From positions 96,162,001 to 96,226,000 of the forward strand of contig OZ024740.1 of the NCBI GenBank assembly GCA_964016885.1: a stretch of DNA of 64,000 nt. The letters are read 5' to 3'. Made by a program: the position numbers and the translations under genes. Below, in pieces: positions 1-13,572 of the stretch (the stretch's first letter is position 1; each line of letters opens with the position of its first letter). Under the pieces are notes generated by a model. It was not told the DNA's origin. It searched no databases and saw only the letters and a list, made by a program, of their open reading frames with translations. Origin of the DNA: Eledone cirrhosa. Lineage: Eukaryota.

Positions 1-913
1 AACACTGGTTTAACCGCTTTACTTCCTTCCAAATAAGAGATATTATCTCGAAAATTAAGGACATTTAAATAAATCTAAGGCAAAAGAATAATTGTCAACA
101 ATATCTTTTGCATTTGCATTTATTTTTGTTTTTTATTCTATGTCCATACCTGTATTGTTTGGCTTTACAAATTCAAACGTGTATACCTCATTACGCCATG
201 CTTCAAGTGAACTATAACTTCCTCCTTTCCTTACGCCTGAGACAGACCCAGTTCACAACTGTAAAGAAACTCTTCCAACTATCTGAAAAGTGCGCCAAAG
301 CCGACTGCAAAATAAACTTCCTAACACGATGCCTGAATAACAACATCATCCCCCAAACTATCAAAAACCTGCATCTACCAACATGCTTCAAATCACCAGG
401 CCTCAAACGATCACTTAGGTACATACAATAATTCTGCCTAAGAAAACTCATACAACACTTACACTGCACGCTACAACAACACATACGGACTATTTCCAGC
501 CTTGTACCACAACTCGCCGAAACCCCAGAACCTCTGTCCAGAGTTATCTGCGTCGCTATAGACAGGTCATACCACCATCGCCGAGACTACGAGAAAATAC
601 GCCGAACGCAAACATTTCTCAAACTTAGCACGGCTAACCGTCTTAACAACATCCCGATTCTAAGCACCAACAGAGGCGAACAAGACGGTACCAACACCGA
701 ACCTAGCGGCGCCCAGACCAACAACACACCTGACGCAAAGCACCTCGTCACAGACTTGACAGGATCCCTCTCCCGAGAGAAATTAGACCTCCTCAGCCTG
801 GGTCCCAAGTTCATATTGAAACAGAGACTGGACGATAAATTATGACTCGACATAGAAACGAATTTCTGTCGGGCTGCCTACCAACTAAAATGGATATTTT
901 AGTTGGTAGGCAG
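1..913 (+). mobile_element. Penelope-like element (Poseidon-like), pLTR plus 5' part of degenerate ORF
   Basis: 1-220 is homologous to the terminal repeat at ~17580-17795 that follows a PLE RT/GIY-YIG ORF. It translates to PLE N-terminal motifs (KINFLTRCLNNNIIP; LDLLSLGPKF...IETNF...YQLKW) with stops and ends in an 18-bp fold-back (874-913). Confidence 0.7.
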
Positions 914-1005
914 ATAAGACTAATTGTCAACAATATCTTTTGCATTTGCATTTTGTTTTTATTCTATGTCCATACCTGCATTGTTTGGCTTTACAAATTC
1001 AAACG
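914..1005 (+). repeat. Second partial copy of the same PLE pLTR
   Basis: taattgtcaacaatatcttttgcatttgcatt...ggctttacaaattcaaacgt repeats ~89-180. Confidence 0.85.
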
Positions 1006-1111
1006 TTTATATATATGAATATATATATACTTTCAAATACGACTTAAAAGAAAGAAATATGTACTGGAGAGTGGCATATATCGAAATTGAATGGTTAAAT
1101 CCCGATTGTAT

Positions 1112-1187
<76 letters not shown>

Positions 1188-1257
1188 TTCTGTGCGTGTG
1201 TGTGTGTGCTCGTGTGTGTGTGTGTGTGTATTTGAACATGGAAGTGGTTATAGTAAA

Positions 1258-1570
1258 AAGGTGAAATTGGAAATAGCACGGAAAATATATTTAAGGGTCT
1301 GTTTTTTTTTCCTTTTATTAATCAATCTTTAGTTTTTAATTAATATGAATTACTTATAATTGTAATACTCAACATTTGGTAAGAAGACTTTTATTACTAC
1401 ATTAAACGGGCTATAATTTATATACTTCATATAACAATATGAAACTCTTTTTTAAATAATTGTCCCCATCACTTTTTCAATAATATCACTTTGACGTATC
1501 AAATAAAGGAAAAAAAACAAAAAAACTGACCCTTAAATATATTTTCCGTGCTATTTCCAATTTCACATTT
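1258..1570. repeat. Inverted repeat pair (~55-bp arms), MITE-like or fold-back element
   Basis: gtgaaattggaaatagcacggaaaatatatttaagggtc (1261-1299) is the reverse complement of gacccttaaatatattttccgtgctatttccaatttcac (1528-1566). Confidence 0.75.
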
Positions 1571-1571
1571 T

Positions 1572-2215
1572 CTTTTCTTCTTCTTCGCTCACTCATTCCT
1601 ATGAGGGATGTTAGGAGTCCTAAACATTCTGTTCAGTGGCTCCTGTCAGAAGCAACGGTCTCCAACTGATCTGGCTGGATCACAAATTGGGACCACTCAA
1701 GTGCACTGATGTTTTACAATCACCCTTCTCGGTGTCTACTCCCCTGGTCTCCTGCATATTGGTTTTGTCGGTAAAGTCTATCCAGTAATTCTTTCCTGAG
1801 ACAGTCGAACAACATGCCCACACTATCGGTGCTGCGAGCTTTTAATTTGGCAAAGCAGCGGCTCTAACTGGAGTGATTTATCATTTCCGTATTACGTACT
1901 TTATCGAATAACATTAATCCAATGACACTGCGGAGGAATCCCATTTCGGTCGCTTGTATTCGCGATTTTATACTTTCCGTTACTACCCAAGAGTCATGAA
2001 CATAGGTAAGGGTTTTCACAAATACTGAATTGAAGACCACAAGGTTGGCTTGTCTGCCTATTACCTTCTTTGCATGACTGATGGCTGAATCTGGCACAAT
2101 ACTGCACCAGTTTCTGCAATTCTTGCAATTAATTCAGCCTAATACCTTCACTCATTTGTGAACATGGCCTCGAGATATATGAACTTCTGTACATTATTCA
2201 GTGGAAAAGCATTAT
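1572..2215 (-). mobile_element. RTE-clade LINE 3' remnant
   Basis: ORF 1864-2097 (FNSVFVKTLTYVHDSW...RIQATEMGFLRSVIGLMLFDKVRNTEM) matches the RTE ORF C-terminal region. A short (GAA)n tail lies at ~1572-1585. Confidence 0.75.
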
Positions 2216-3049
2216 TCACAAATGTGAAGTAAATGAAAATACATTAATTCCTCACTGTTGCATATAATAGCAGACATTTTAATATGAGTTTTATATGCTT
2301 ATACGGAATACATTTCAGCTAATTGCCTACTCCCTTTTGTGTCCTTGTATCATTTTCTATAAACACTCATTGAATTATGCAATCCCGTAAAATATTCTTC
2401 CTAATATATTCTATTTACTTAAAGTATTTTAAAACCACTACATAATTTGACTGTTTAAAGCATTAACTATTATCAAAAATATATTAATATATTTAATAGT
2501 TACCTATCAATTTGCCTGTTAGTTGCTAGTTACCTATCAAGTTTTCCGTTTCGAATTTTGAATGTTACCGCATATAGACTTTGGATTGATGAGAATAGAC
2601 GCACAATGTGTGTACATCCCCAAACACAAATGATGTTCCACGATATTTGTTCCAGAATTGAACAAATATCAATAATTAACAACTAAAATAGACCATGTTC
2701 ATGAAATCTCATTTAAACACTCAATAGCTTAAGCGACATTGTTACCAGCATGTTTATTAAAACAACTGAAATTGAATCATTAAAATTAAAATCATCGACA
2801 TAAACCATAAAATTATGTAACTTTCTAGGTATTTTTTGAAACTGCTCAATATATTCATTCTTCTGGCTACTAGTTTAATGGAAGTTGTTTCCCTTACACC
2901 CGAACAATTCTCTCTGCAAGTCCGACACACGTCATACACAAACAATATATTCAAATTCAATTGAACATATTTCCGTATGCCTCACGAAATAATGCTCCAT
3001 TTTGTTTTGTGACAATCTTCTCCACTGTTTAGAACGTTTGGGAGCTCAG

Positions 3050-3304
3050 AAGAAAGAAAATGAGACAGGGTGAGAGAGAGATAGGGAGAGATAGATAGTG
3101 AGAGAGAGAGAGAGAGAGAGGGGTGAGGAGAGAAATACAGAGTTAGAGAGAGCTAGAAAATATCGAGGGAGATATGATTTGGGAGTGAATCAAAGAAAGA
3201 TGAAACAATATGAGTGACCTAACCTTAGAGAAGAGGAACTATATAGAGAAGATTAGCCAATGAATAAAAGAGAGATATTGAGAAAGAGAATGCTAGAGAG
3301 AGAG

Positions 3305-3352
<48 letters not shown>

Positions 3353-3380
3353 CGAGAGAGAGATAATGGGGGAGAGCGTG
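3050..3380. repeat. (GA)n-rich low-complexity tract
   Basis: Direct reading. Confidence 0.9.
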
Positions 3381-3899
3381 AAAGGAGACAGCATTTTTTG
3401 ACCATACCTTTACATATATAAGTTTCCGTAGTTGTGTGTGGTGTTTCATGTTTTTTTTCACCTATTATTGGCTAGCTGCGGATAAATTGTCTGTGCATAC
3501 GACTATTTTAGATGTTCTGAAATTGATATGCTAGTGATTTCCTTTTTGTTTTTGTTTAAATTGTTGAAAATCAAAATTCTTCATAAATGATACGTGCAGA
3601 GAGATTCTTTCAGTTGGATGACGTTCTGGGGAAGAGCTCTGTCGTAGTGGGTAAGGGGAGAAGAAAGGCATGTATGGCAAGTGTGCATGAGGGAAAGTGG
3701 AATGAAATCAAGCATATTCCAAACGCATGCCAATACAATAGGTATAAAAGTAAGACAGAATCAAGAGCGTGCCCGTCAGTGACTGTCAGGACACCTAATT
3801 GTGTGCCGAATATGAGTAAAAGTAATGAGTTGCAGTGATGATTTAGTTCCATATACACACACTCATCAAATCAAAGGAACAGTAACAATGAAAGGAGGA

Positions 3900-4420
3900 T
3901 TGTCCACAATACCTACCTCCAGCCTGGAAAAGTATATTCCCCTATCTCGTTTGAAGGCGCCCAGTTCCCCAAAATAAATAGGAGCCCATCCACTTCAACA
4001 CAGGCTGTTGCATCGGCTTGACCAAAACCATCTTGCGTATTTTCCCTCATTTTCCAAAACAGACGTTGGCTCAACTCAGTGCCATCACTATCGACTAGCA
4101 CTCAGCTGGACACCGACTGTTTCAGCCGGTGTTTCCCTGAGGCTAGGCCTCCGAATCTGTGAACCTCACAAATACCGCTGTGGTTCCACTCTGTATTCTC
4201 TCAGCCTAAACCTGCTGTCATACCGATAAAATGCTTGCCGCCTCCTACGCCATGCTGCATTCAATGACACCAGAGAGCAAGACCTGGATGCCGCAGACAT
4301 CTCTACCCAGTTCACGCTAGCAGGATCAGAACAAGGGGTCGGTAAATGTCTAGACTGTCCGGCAATCTTCCCGTTCTCTGATGGGAGCCACCTCGTTTTG
4401 GATGCCACTTGTCAAGAAAC
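3900..4420 (-). pseudogene. Possible ancient LINE (APE endonuclease-like) remnant
   Basis: GC-richer island. Fragments SLNAAWRRRR and VEVDGLLFILGNWAPS loosely recall L1/Tx1 APE motifs but are highly degenerate. Confidence 0.25.
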
Positions 4421-5331
4421 TTCCAGCAGTAAAATATGTTTGTTCGGTTATCAGTTCCGCTGCCTGTTAGACTGAAAATTGTCAAAGTATTGGATGCACG
4501 AAGATTGTTTTGTTGTCGAGCCTATAATTTTTGAGTTTTCCGGCATTCTTGTACCATGGACCACAAACCTATTCACTACTACCAGGGCGGAGGTACATAC
4601 GGAGAAGTGTGAGTCACGTGAGATCGAGTAGTTATTCCAGCGCGTCTCCTTCACCATCCTCCATCACAAGAATTTATCCATTATGTCTGCTGAGACTCCG
4701 AGGCAAATTTGACGTTAAAATACTCTTGTGTTGTGTGTTTATCTATTTACTTCCATTTTCAGTGATTGTTCACAATAAAAATAAATCAAATCATTCGCTG
4801 GTTTCATTTCAGTTATTCGACTGGACAGTGGTCAGTCGACTAGACGGCAGTCATATAGAGCAAAGTCTTAAAGAGTTTTGTCGACCAATAAAAGTGTATT
4901 ATTTCTCATAGATCTTAATTCTCTTAAGTACTTGATTGCTGAACAAAGGCTAGACAAAGCAGGAACATAACCACGTTTACAAACAAAAATCGAATATATG
5001 TTTTAAATATTATATTTATGCAAAGTTGCAATCATCATTTTTCAGGTTATTTTCCACAAACAAAATGACATTTTTTGCAAGTCACGTCAGTACAACTGAT
5101 AGTATTTATTAGCATTTATGTATTTCTGAGTGAATATGTGTCTGCGATTCGTGTTAAATTTTCTAGTGAAGGAAACGGGAGCTAGGCACTTTATAATATA
5201 ATAGATCATTTGAAAACTGTCCACCAGCTTATCGCTCTACTAAAGAATGGAAACGTTAGACAATTCGGAAAACTCAAAAGCGTGAAGCTAATAGACTAAT
5301 ATTTGTACTGTTTTCGTTCCTGTCTAAGATT

Positions 5332-5378
<47 letters not shown>

Positions 5379-5628
5379 TAGATTGTGTTAGAAACTCAAA
5401 ATAGTCTTTCATAATTAAATAGCTCAAAGAAGGGATCTTTCCGATCCGTGTAATATAATTGTATATATGAGAGGGATGAACACATATGTAAGAATACATG
5501 TGTCCAATTGCAAATGACCAAGTTAAATAGGTTGAAAAAATACTAATTTAAAACAATATGGTTTGCCTGACTCGATTTTAAGTAATCAATCAATACAAAA
5601 TAAAAACCTATATCTGGCAAGTGCCTTT

Positions 5629-5707
5629 GACACCCGGACAGAGCTAAATCTGTTACGCAATAATTATTATGTGAAAGCCAGAATTGTTGTACTCTTCTGC
5701 GGGTATC
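5629..5707 (-). ncRNA. Degenerate type I hammerhead ribozyme in a diverged relative of the 550-bp repeat family
   Basis: Minus strand: gatacccg CAGAAGA [helix II] GTAA caga tttagc tctg TC cgggtgtc. Helix I (8 bp), helix III and the GUC site are intact, with two core substitutions. Flank 5505-5620 resembles the 550-bp unit. Confidence 0.55.
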
Positions 5708-5899
5708 CAGGAAATGTGTACCTTCCACTTCAGTGGGTCTTAGAATACTGAACGATGTGCTAATATAAAAACACATTAAACTAGTATTTTTTCAACTTAG
5801 CTAACGTTTGCAAGTATTCTTATATCTGTGTTCTTCCTTCTCATATATCCAATTATATATATATATATATATATATAAAATAAAAAAAAGGTTCGCTCT

Positions 5900-6812
5900 A
5901 CATGGCTGAATACAATAAATGTAATCTGAGTTTTTCGAATATTAATAATTGTTTCTACTTTAGGCACAAGGCCAGCAATTACCCAGTGCATTACTGGTAC
6001 TTTATTTTTCGACCCCGTAAGGATGAAAGGCAAAGTCAACCTCGGCGGGATTTGAACTCAGATCGTAAAGGGACATAACTATGCTGGAAAGCATGGCGTC
6101 CGACTCTCTACCGATACTGCCAATCCACCACCCTTTTCGAATATTAATATTAAGATTAATAATACCATTCGATTCGATTGCAATTATGCAAACGAGCCTC
6201 GTTTTTAAAGCCATGTCCGTAGAATGAACCCTACATGTTGTTCTTGTGTCGGCATGTAAACAGGACTGCAGACACTAATGTTTCTGGATATCACCTTTCA
6301 TTCACTGTTCACCTGCCAAATGTCAGAGTTAGTGAAAATATATGCTATTTTTTTTTGAAATATACAGTGACTGATCGACCTGATTTACATATTATCAGAC
6401 TAGCTGATCAGTCAGATCTGTATTTTAGTAGATCCACTGATCAGCCAGACTTTCATATCAGCAGCCTGGCCAGTTAATTTTCTGTATACGAGTGATAAAT
6501 TGCCGGCTTTGCCACATAAAAAAAAGTCGATTTACATGGCTGAATACAATAAATGTAATCTGAGTTTTTCGAATATTAATAATAACATTCAATCCGTTTG
6601 CAATCATGCCAACAAGCCTCATTTTTAAAGCCATGTCAGTAGAATGAACCCATCATCCTTGCTCTTGTGGTGACATTTAAACAGAACTACAGACACTAAT
6701 GGTAAGAGCAAGAATGAAGGGTTCATTCTACTGATATGGCTTTAGAAATAAAGGTTGTTTGCATAATTGCAAACGAATCGAATGTTATTTTTAATATTCG
6801 AAAAACTCAGAT
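5900..6812. repeat. Tandem duplication plus inverted arm (fold-back repeat), interrupted by the SINE
   Basis: catggctgaatacaataaatgtaatctgag occurs at 5901 and ~6535. 6559-6667 is inverted at 6703-6812. Confidence 0.75.
5948..6133 (-). mobile_element. tRNA-derived SINE with Nin/Deu-like central domain, with 16-bp TSD
   Basis: A box tggcagtatcgg, B box gagttcaaatccc, core gcctttcatccttacggggtcga..aaagtaccag. TSD ttttcgaatattaata at 5932-5947 and 6134-6149. Confidence 0.9.
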
Positions 6813-6969
6813 TAGTAGCATCAGGTATGAAGAATATTCAAGGTATAGAGCAAATCCAGTCCACAGAGTAGTATTCCAGTTCATTTACTTTAGCAGAGTT
6901 TGAACACATTTGTTCACAATCATAATTATATGTAACTGGCAATGTACATTTTGTAGTAATCCCTAGCCT

Positions 6970-7000
<31 letters not shown>

Positions 7001-7700
7001 AAGCATTGGACGAGTGTTTCCCGTCGCCGAACAGGTACCACATGATATTCATCCACCACACAGTGAACCTATCCTTCTCCACCGCAACTATATGGCAGAC
7101 TATATGGCCAAAGTCAATACGGTGAAGTTGGGGAGAATCGACCGCGAACTACTGCAGGCGACCGATGCTTCTGAGGGAAAAGGGAGATCCCCATGGAAGC
7201 AGGGCCACCGGTTATGAGTCAGACCCCACGGTAGCCGATCTACTCGTGGAAGACACAGTACTCGACAAAGCAGATGGCACTGAACGACAGAAAGAAGCTC
7301 ACTCTACCGGCAGAACAACAGCCAGCGAATCGGGAGAACACCGCACAAAGGCCAGGATCCCGCGTAAGGATTGAGCAGCATACATAGGCGCAGCATCCGC
7401 CACATTTAAGTCGAGGGTGTACAATCACACGAACTCTTTCAAGGACCGGAACAAGAGACACTACACTAGGGTGGCGGATCTGATATGCGACTTGAAGGTC
7501 AGTGGCAGCACGTACGATCTCAACTGGAGTGTCGTTCAACTTGCTAATGCATATTCGGCCGGTGGGGGAAGTGCAAGCTGTGCCAGTCCGAGGCCATGGA
7601 AATTGTGAGATTAAAGTATAAAGTAGTCAACCTGAAATCGCAGATCATCATGACGTGTAGAAACTAACGAAAGTGCATACCCTCCGCATACAAACCCCCG
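7001..7700 (+). mobile_element. Naiad-type PLE 3' remnant with internal deletions
   Basis: MADYMAKVNTVK linker; GIY-YIG motifs YIGAASATFKSRVYNHTNSF and CKLCQSEA. Related to the 26620-29420 element. Confidence 0.75.
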
Positions 7701-8156
7701 GATGGCTCCAACTAGTGCCATACGGGGATGTGGACGTCGATCGGGGTGGTGGCGCGGGTCCATGGGATCCGACATCATACCTTGATGATTATGTATGTCC
7801 TGTGGGCCATGTCGACACACTCAATGCTGCGCATTTGACTCTGTACCTAATCTTTAACGCCACTGTTGCATTAGCCAGGACACGGCGGCTTAATTTCCGT
7901 ACGTCTACTCAATACCGTATCACACATCACTAATATACTACGTTTTATCCACAATACCATACTCCGTTACAAACTGTTTTTCCATATGTTCTCATGCAGT
8001 GTATGTGTTTTCTCTACATATTCCATTATGTAAAGTTTTATGTATTTTTCATGTACACCCTCATATGTAATATTGTTTATAATGTTTCATTATGTGGATT
8101 ATTTCACGTTAACACGCTAATCGAAAATCACACACACACAAATACACACCCGCACA

Positions 8157-8280
<124 letters not shown>

Positions 8281-8299
8281 ATGAACAGCATAAGATAAT

Positions 8300-8341
<42 letters not shown>

Positions 8342-8628
8342 TTATTTATTTATGAAAATAACAGATTAAAGTAAATCTGTTATTGAAATAAATATTTGCT
8401 CTGTGTTTCTTATATATTTGATATATTTTTACACTTTTCGCGGGAGTACTCCTCTCTGATCGTCAGTCCCTCTTTGGACCGCCACGTCCACTCTATATAG
8501 AGCGGCAGAATGATAATTGAAAGAGATGTACATAGATAGAGATAGAAATGCCACGCAATGATTTAGACAATGTGTTACAATGCGTGCGTGTGTCTCTGTG
8601 ACAAAAAAGGGGAGGACAAGACCTCGGT

Positions 8629-8671
<43 letters not shown>

Positions 8672-8859
8672 CTGGATGCAGTAAAAACTGTTTAGATGAT
8701 TAGTCACCTGAATTCCTGATGTTTGGTGCAGTACAGTGTGACACTATGAAAGATTCGGGAAATACCCTGCAGGAGCTCAAAAGTTGGTGTCCCAAATGTT
8801 TCATATATATATATATATATGATAAAGATAAAGAACCTTGCTAAACAAATACAGAAACG

Positions 8860-8951
<92 letters not shown>

Positions 8952-9129
8952 GTATATATATATATGTATATATATATGGATATATACATATATTGGAAAG
9001 TGAGTTTTTTTTACAAAATGAAAGATAACCGAGGTGTCCTACCCGAGTGAAAATATAAAGAAAAAAAGATGAAATCGAAAATGCAACTGAAGTCTTATTT
9101 AAAAAAAATATATATATATTTATTTGGTT

Positions 9130-9167
9130 CTTTTACCGGTTTCGGAGTTCTTCTGCTTTTCAAAAGT
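9130..9167 (-). ncRNA. Minimal hammerhead, U3-A8 core variant (3' pLTR copy)
   Basis: ctt TTGAAAA gcag aagaa ctcc GAAA CCGG TA aaag; palindromic helix III. Confidence 0.6.
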
Positions 9168-12100
9168 AGAGTTGAGATGGAGGATCTGTGGTTTTTCTCA
9201 CATCTGGTTGGTCTTTGAATGTTATTTGTTTTATATGGAAGAAAGTGGCTCGAAACGCCAGGTTTTTAGAGAAGTAATTTGATTGGTTGGTCAATATGTA
9301 TAATACATTTCGCGCCAGTTCGCGTTACAAAGTTCTTCAAACAATGGGTGCGGGGCTCAGGTCGTTTTTTTCATCTATGAGTGAAGTTTGGTTGGTTGAT
9401 GCAGTCACGTAAATAAGCACATCAGTTTTGGCGACAGTTGTTTGAATTTTTTTTTACTTAAAAAAAGGGGCTCACGAATGTTTTTTTTTTTGAAATGTAA
9501 TTTGATTGGTTATAAATGTAATTATGCTGTCACGTGAACAAGTTCATTAAAATCGCGCCCGTATTTGGAAATTTATTTTGTAGCCTTTTACAGAATTTTC
9601 TGACAAACAAAAGATAATTGTGAAGAGAAATGTGATGGGATTATTATTCTGGTTCAGTAAATATGGCTGGTTCGCTGGGGTGTCAGAATTCAGACTTTTT
9701 ATTGAAATAAAGAATGTATGTTTATTTGTGTGCTTGTGTGTGTTTGTGTGTGTATAGGAAAATGATTCCGTTGGTAGAAATATTTTTGAATGAACATATT
9801 TTCCTTATTTATTCGTATTTGTTCTGTTGTATTGTCAGCGCAAACGTATGTTAAGGTTTATTTAGTTCGGGTTTTTATTTTCTAAAGTAGGAGGTGTTAT
9901 GTGTGTGTATGTGTCTGTTTGGATGGTTAGCATGTTATGGTGTTGACATAATGTATATTAAACCATATTTAAGGCGGTCTGTATTTTTGAATAAATATAT
10001 TTTCCTTATTTATTCGTATTTGTTCTGTTGGATTGTCAGTGCAAAGGTAACATGGAAAGACTTGGAATGTGGGTGTCTTATAACTTGCGCATATGTCTAG
10101 ATATGCACTTAGTGGTATCTGTCTCGTGGTTGGATCTCGTAATTGTTGGCGATGAACTGTCATTCTGTTTCTGAGTGTGAGTTTAGTTTGTCCTATATAA
10201 TCTTCATTGCATCCTTTACATTTAATGGCATTAATTAGATTTTTTGGTGAGCAAGTGACGTGATTTTTTACAGCAACATTTTGTCCTGATTTAAATGTAT
10301 ACCTGTTGCCTTCAATGATTATGTTGTGTGTTTAAAGGGCTTTTTTTCATTATTGGGTCTTGTTTTAGTAGTGGGATGTTCTGTGAATAGTGTTGTAAGC
10401 TTCCGCATTTCTTGGGTTGTGTGTTGAGATATATGATAGACTATTGGACGTACCTTGAATTTGTTTCTGTTTTCGTAATCCATCAATGCATATTGCTTTA
10501 GCCCTTTCTGTTCCATTATTTATTAGTAATGCTGAGTAATGTCTTTCGAGTAGAATTTCGTTTAATTCTTGAAGTCTTTTATTTCGCGTTTCATAATTGG
10601 AGACAATTGTGCAAATTCTTCTTGCTAGGTTAAAAGGAATGTTCGTCTTCGTGTGCTTTGGATGGTTGGAGGTGAATATCAGGTATTGTTAGGAATCCGT
10701 TGGTTTGTAGAGTATGTCAGTTTCAATATTTGTGTATTTTTTTTAAGATTAAGATGTCCGGAAATGGGAGTTGATCTTGGCTGTATTCCATTGCGAATTG
10801 GATGTGGTTATTGATGGCGTTAATTAAATGTTTGAAATAATTCAGTTGCTCGAGTGTGTGGAACCAAAGAATGCGACAATCATCCAAGTAGCTTTTCCAA
10901 TTCTCTGATAAATATTGGTGGAAATTCAATCTGTATTTTCATTTGGACTGTTCATATATCTCGACTTCTAAGTATGCCGTGACTAAGTTGGCATAAGTTG
11001 GATGGGCTTTTATACACATCGCAGTCCCCGATATTTGCTTGTAAGTACAGCCATCGAAATCAATAAAGGTCTTCTGTAAGATACATTTTAGTCCGTCATT
11101 GATGAAACTTTTTTTAATTCTGCCATGTATATCATTGGGATATTTCTCTAGCCAGAATCCTATTGCTTCTAGTCCGTATTAGTTTGGGATAATTGTGTAA
11201 AGATTCACTACATCGAAAGACACAGTAATAGTGTCGTTGTTGACATGTTTGGGGAGGTGGTTTAAGAAGTCCAGATCGTCTCTTACAAGGCTTGGTATGT
11301 GTTTGAGAATTGTTTTTAGTAGTATGTCTATAAAGTTGCTCAGTCTGTGTGTTACACATTGTAGGCCCGCTACACTTGGTCTTAATTTAAGGTCTGTGGA
11401 GTATTGTGTGTTCACGCAGGTTGAGGTGGATTGTTTACAGGCGTCGTTAATTATGTTACACTTGTTGATCTTCGGAAGTCCGTAAAGGTTGCTGCTTTTG
11501 TATTCAAAATGTGTTAAATAATCGCGTTCCTTTTTAGTTAAGTCATCCTGATATGGACAAATCAGTGTGTTTAATCTGATCATTGTTTTTGATTTCTGGT
11601 AATTGTTTACTCTTTCATAGTAATTAGTATTTTGTAAGAGAGAGAACATAGAATTTTTATATTTTTCAGCAACCATAATGACAACAGTACTTCCCTTGTC
11701 TGCTTCTTAATTATAATATCCGTATTGTTTTTTAGTTCATGTATAATCTTCCATTACCTTCGATTCGTGTTGGGTTTGGGTATAGGTTGCGGTAGTTCAT
11801 GGTATGGGAAATAATCTACGTGGTGACAAAATTTGTCCAGAACTCTGTTTGTACCTTGTTTGGGGTTGTAGCTGCTTTTAGTCCGTACAATTGATTGGTC
11901 GTTATTCTCCTTGTCAAAGAATTCCTCTGTGAGACGCAATTTACTACAGAACTGTGAGATATTGTCATATATCTCATTGAGGTTAGAGTATTGTGGTGTT
12001 GGTGTGAATTTCAGTCCTTTTGAGAGAATTTTAACTTGTTTGACTGAGAGGTTTGTATTTGAAAGGTTGATTATTTTCGGTTTTTCCAAATCGGTTAGTG

Positions 12101-12179
12101 CCACCGGGTGTCGTGGGTCCTGTAGCCTTGGTCTAAAAAATGATTTTTCTAGAATGTTTTTTCAATGGTATTATTATAC

Positions 12180-12328
12180 GGCGGGATTTGAACTCAGCCC
12201 TTGCTATTCTCAGTTCAAATCCCGCCGAGGTTAACTTTGCCTTTCATCCTTACGGGTCGATAAAAAAGTACCAGTAATGTACTGGTGATTGCTGGCCTTT
12301 TGCCAATAGTAGAAACAATTATTATATC
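12180..12328 (+). mobile_element. 5'-truncated Nin/Deu-like SINE nested in the PLE ORF, with inverted-duplicated head
   Basis: cagttcaaatcccgccgagg..gcctttcatccttacgggtcgat..gtaccag..agtagaaacaatt matches the 5948-6133 SINE. Confidence 0.85.
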
Positions 12329-13461
12329 TAATGGCGTTTCCCCTGTTTGTTGTGTGGTCTTGTATAGAAGTTTCGGACGTATTGATGTTCGGTTTGTTGA
12401 TAGTGCGAGTTGTAGATTTTGTTTCTTTGTGTGGGTTGGGATCTACGATATTGGAGCTGGGTCTGTGTGATCAGGGGTCTACGGTTTTGGAATAGGTTTT
12501 GTGTGGATTGTGATCTGCGGATCGGGTCCTGTCTTGTGTTGGGGTATCTTCGGTATTTGTTAATAGGGTTATAGTTTTTTCTGTGTTCTGGGATTATCGT
12601 CATAATTTTGCTGGGGGTATGTTGGACGTTTTGTTACTTTTGTGTTATATGTTTGGCATGTGGTGTGTGAGTTTTAATTTGTTTTAAAAATGGGTTACCT
12701 GTATATTGTTCATTTTTGAAATCTATTTCTTAGTTGTTGAACCAGGTGGCGTTTTTTTCCCATAGCTGGAAGGATGTTAGTTTTTCATCCTCACAATTTT
12801 CTTTCCAAAGTTTTAAGGTTTTTTCATAGAGTAGGCCTACAGAGTGCCTTGAGATTTCTGTTTCCATCTATTAGTCGAGTGACTTGAATTTTTCTTCGTT
12901 GGAGTTGGCTCTTAATAGCAACAGTTCTATTTCTATTTTAAATTTTTCTGACGCAATCTTTTCCCTAAGTCTTTGTTGGTTTTCTGGTTCATTCAGGATG
13001 CTTATAATTTGGAGTTTTTTTAGGTGGATGATGGGGCTAGAGTTTAGCTACTTTTCATGTATGTCTGTCTTGCCATTATTTTTTAGGAGATTCCAAAAAG
13101 CGAATTTGCTAGCTGTGAGCTTTTGAGTTCATATATTGATTAGGGTGTTTTTCAATGAGGGGACATCTCGTAGATTGGGTTCTAATGGTTGTTCCAGCTT
13201 TTGGAGCTTGCTGTTTCAATGGTTTCGATTAGTTTAGTTAATGCTGGAGTAATATTCATCTCTTGGGTATTTTCTGTTTCTTCGTTGAGCCATTTTTATA
13301 GATATGTATTTGGTCCACATTGTTGGTCAAAATTGAAAGTGTGAGGGGAATCTCTTTTCTCTAAAACCCGGCGTTTCGAGCCACTCTTTTCGATATAAAT
13401 CAAGTAAAATTCAAAGACAACCAGATGTGAGAAAAACCACAGACCCTCCATCTCAACTCTA

Positions 13462-13497
13462 CTTTTGAAAAGCAGAACAACTGCTAAATCGGTAAAG
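13462..13497 (+). ncRNA. Minimal hammerhead, U3-A8 core variant (inverted pLTR copy)
   Basis: ctt TTGAAAA gcag aacaa ctgc TAAA TCGG TA aag; perfect helix II, G12 mutated. Confidence 0.55.
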
Positions 13498-13572
13498 AAC
13501 CAAATAAATAAATATATTTTTTTAGAAAATGAGACTCCAGTTGTATTTTCGATTTCATCTTTTTTACTTTGT

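Larger units (their letters stand above)
9050..13570 (-). mobile_element. Near full-length degenerate PLE (Neptune-like) with 3' pLTR and inverted 5' pLTR
   Basis: Frameshifted ORF from ~13293 to ~9900: KIINLSNTNLS..ILSKGLKFTPTP, LYGLPKINK..LRPSVAG, SFDVVNLY, GTAM..PTYANL, YLDD. 9050-9275 is inverted at 13355-13570. Confidence 0.9.

Noticed and set aside
3590-3900. CR1/L2 3' end remnant (TFIP..VWNML on the minus strand)
   Set aside because: The motif is too short and degenerate to support a call.
8712-8762. CTGATGT...GAAA gat TC ggga hammerhead-like motif
   Set aside because: Core mismatch, weak helices and a single copy.
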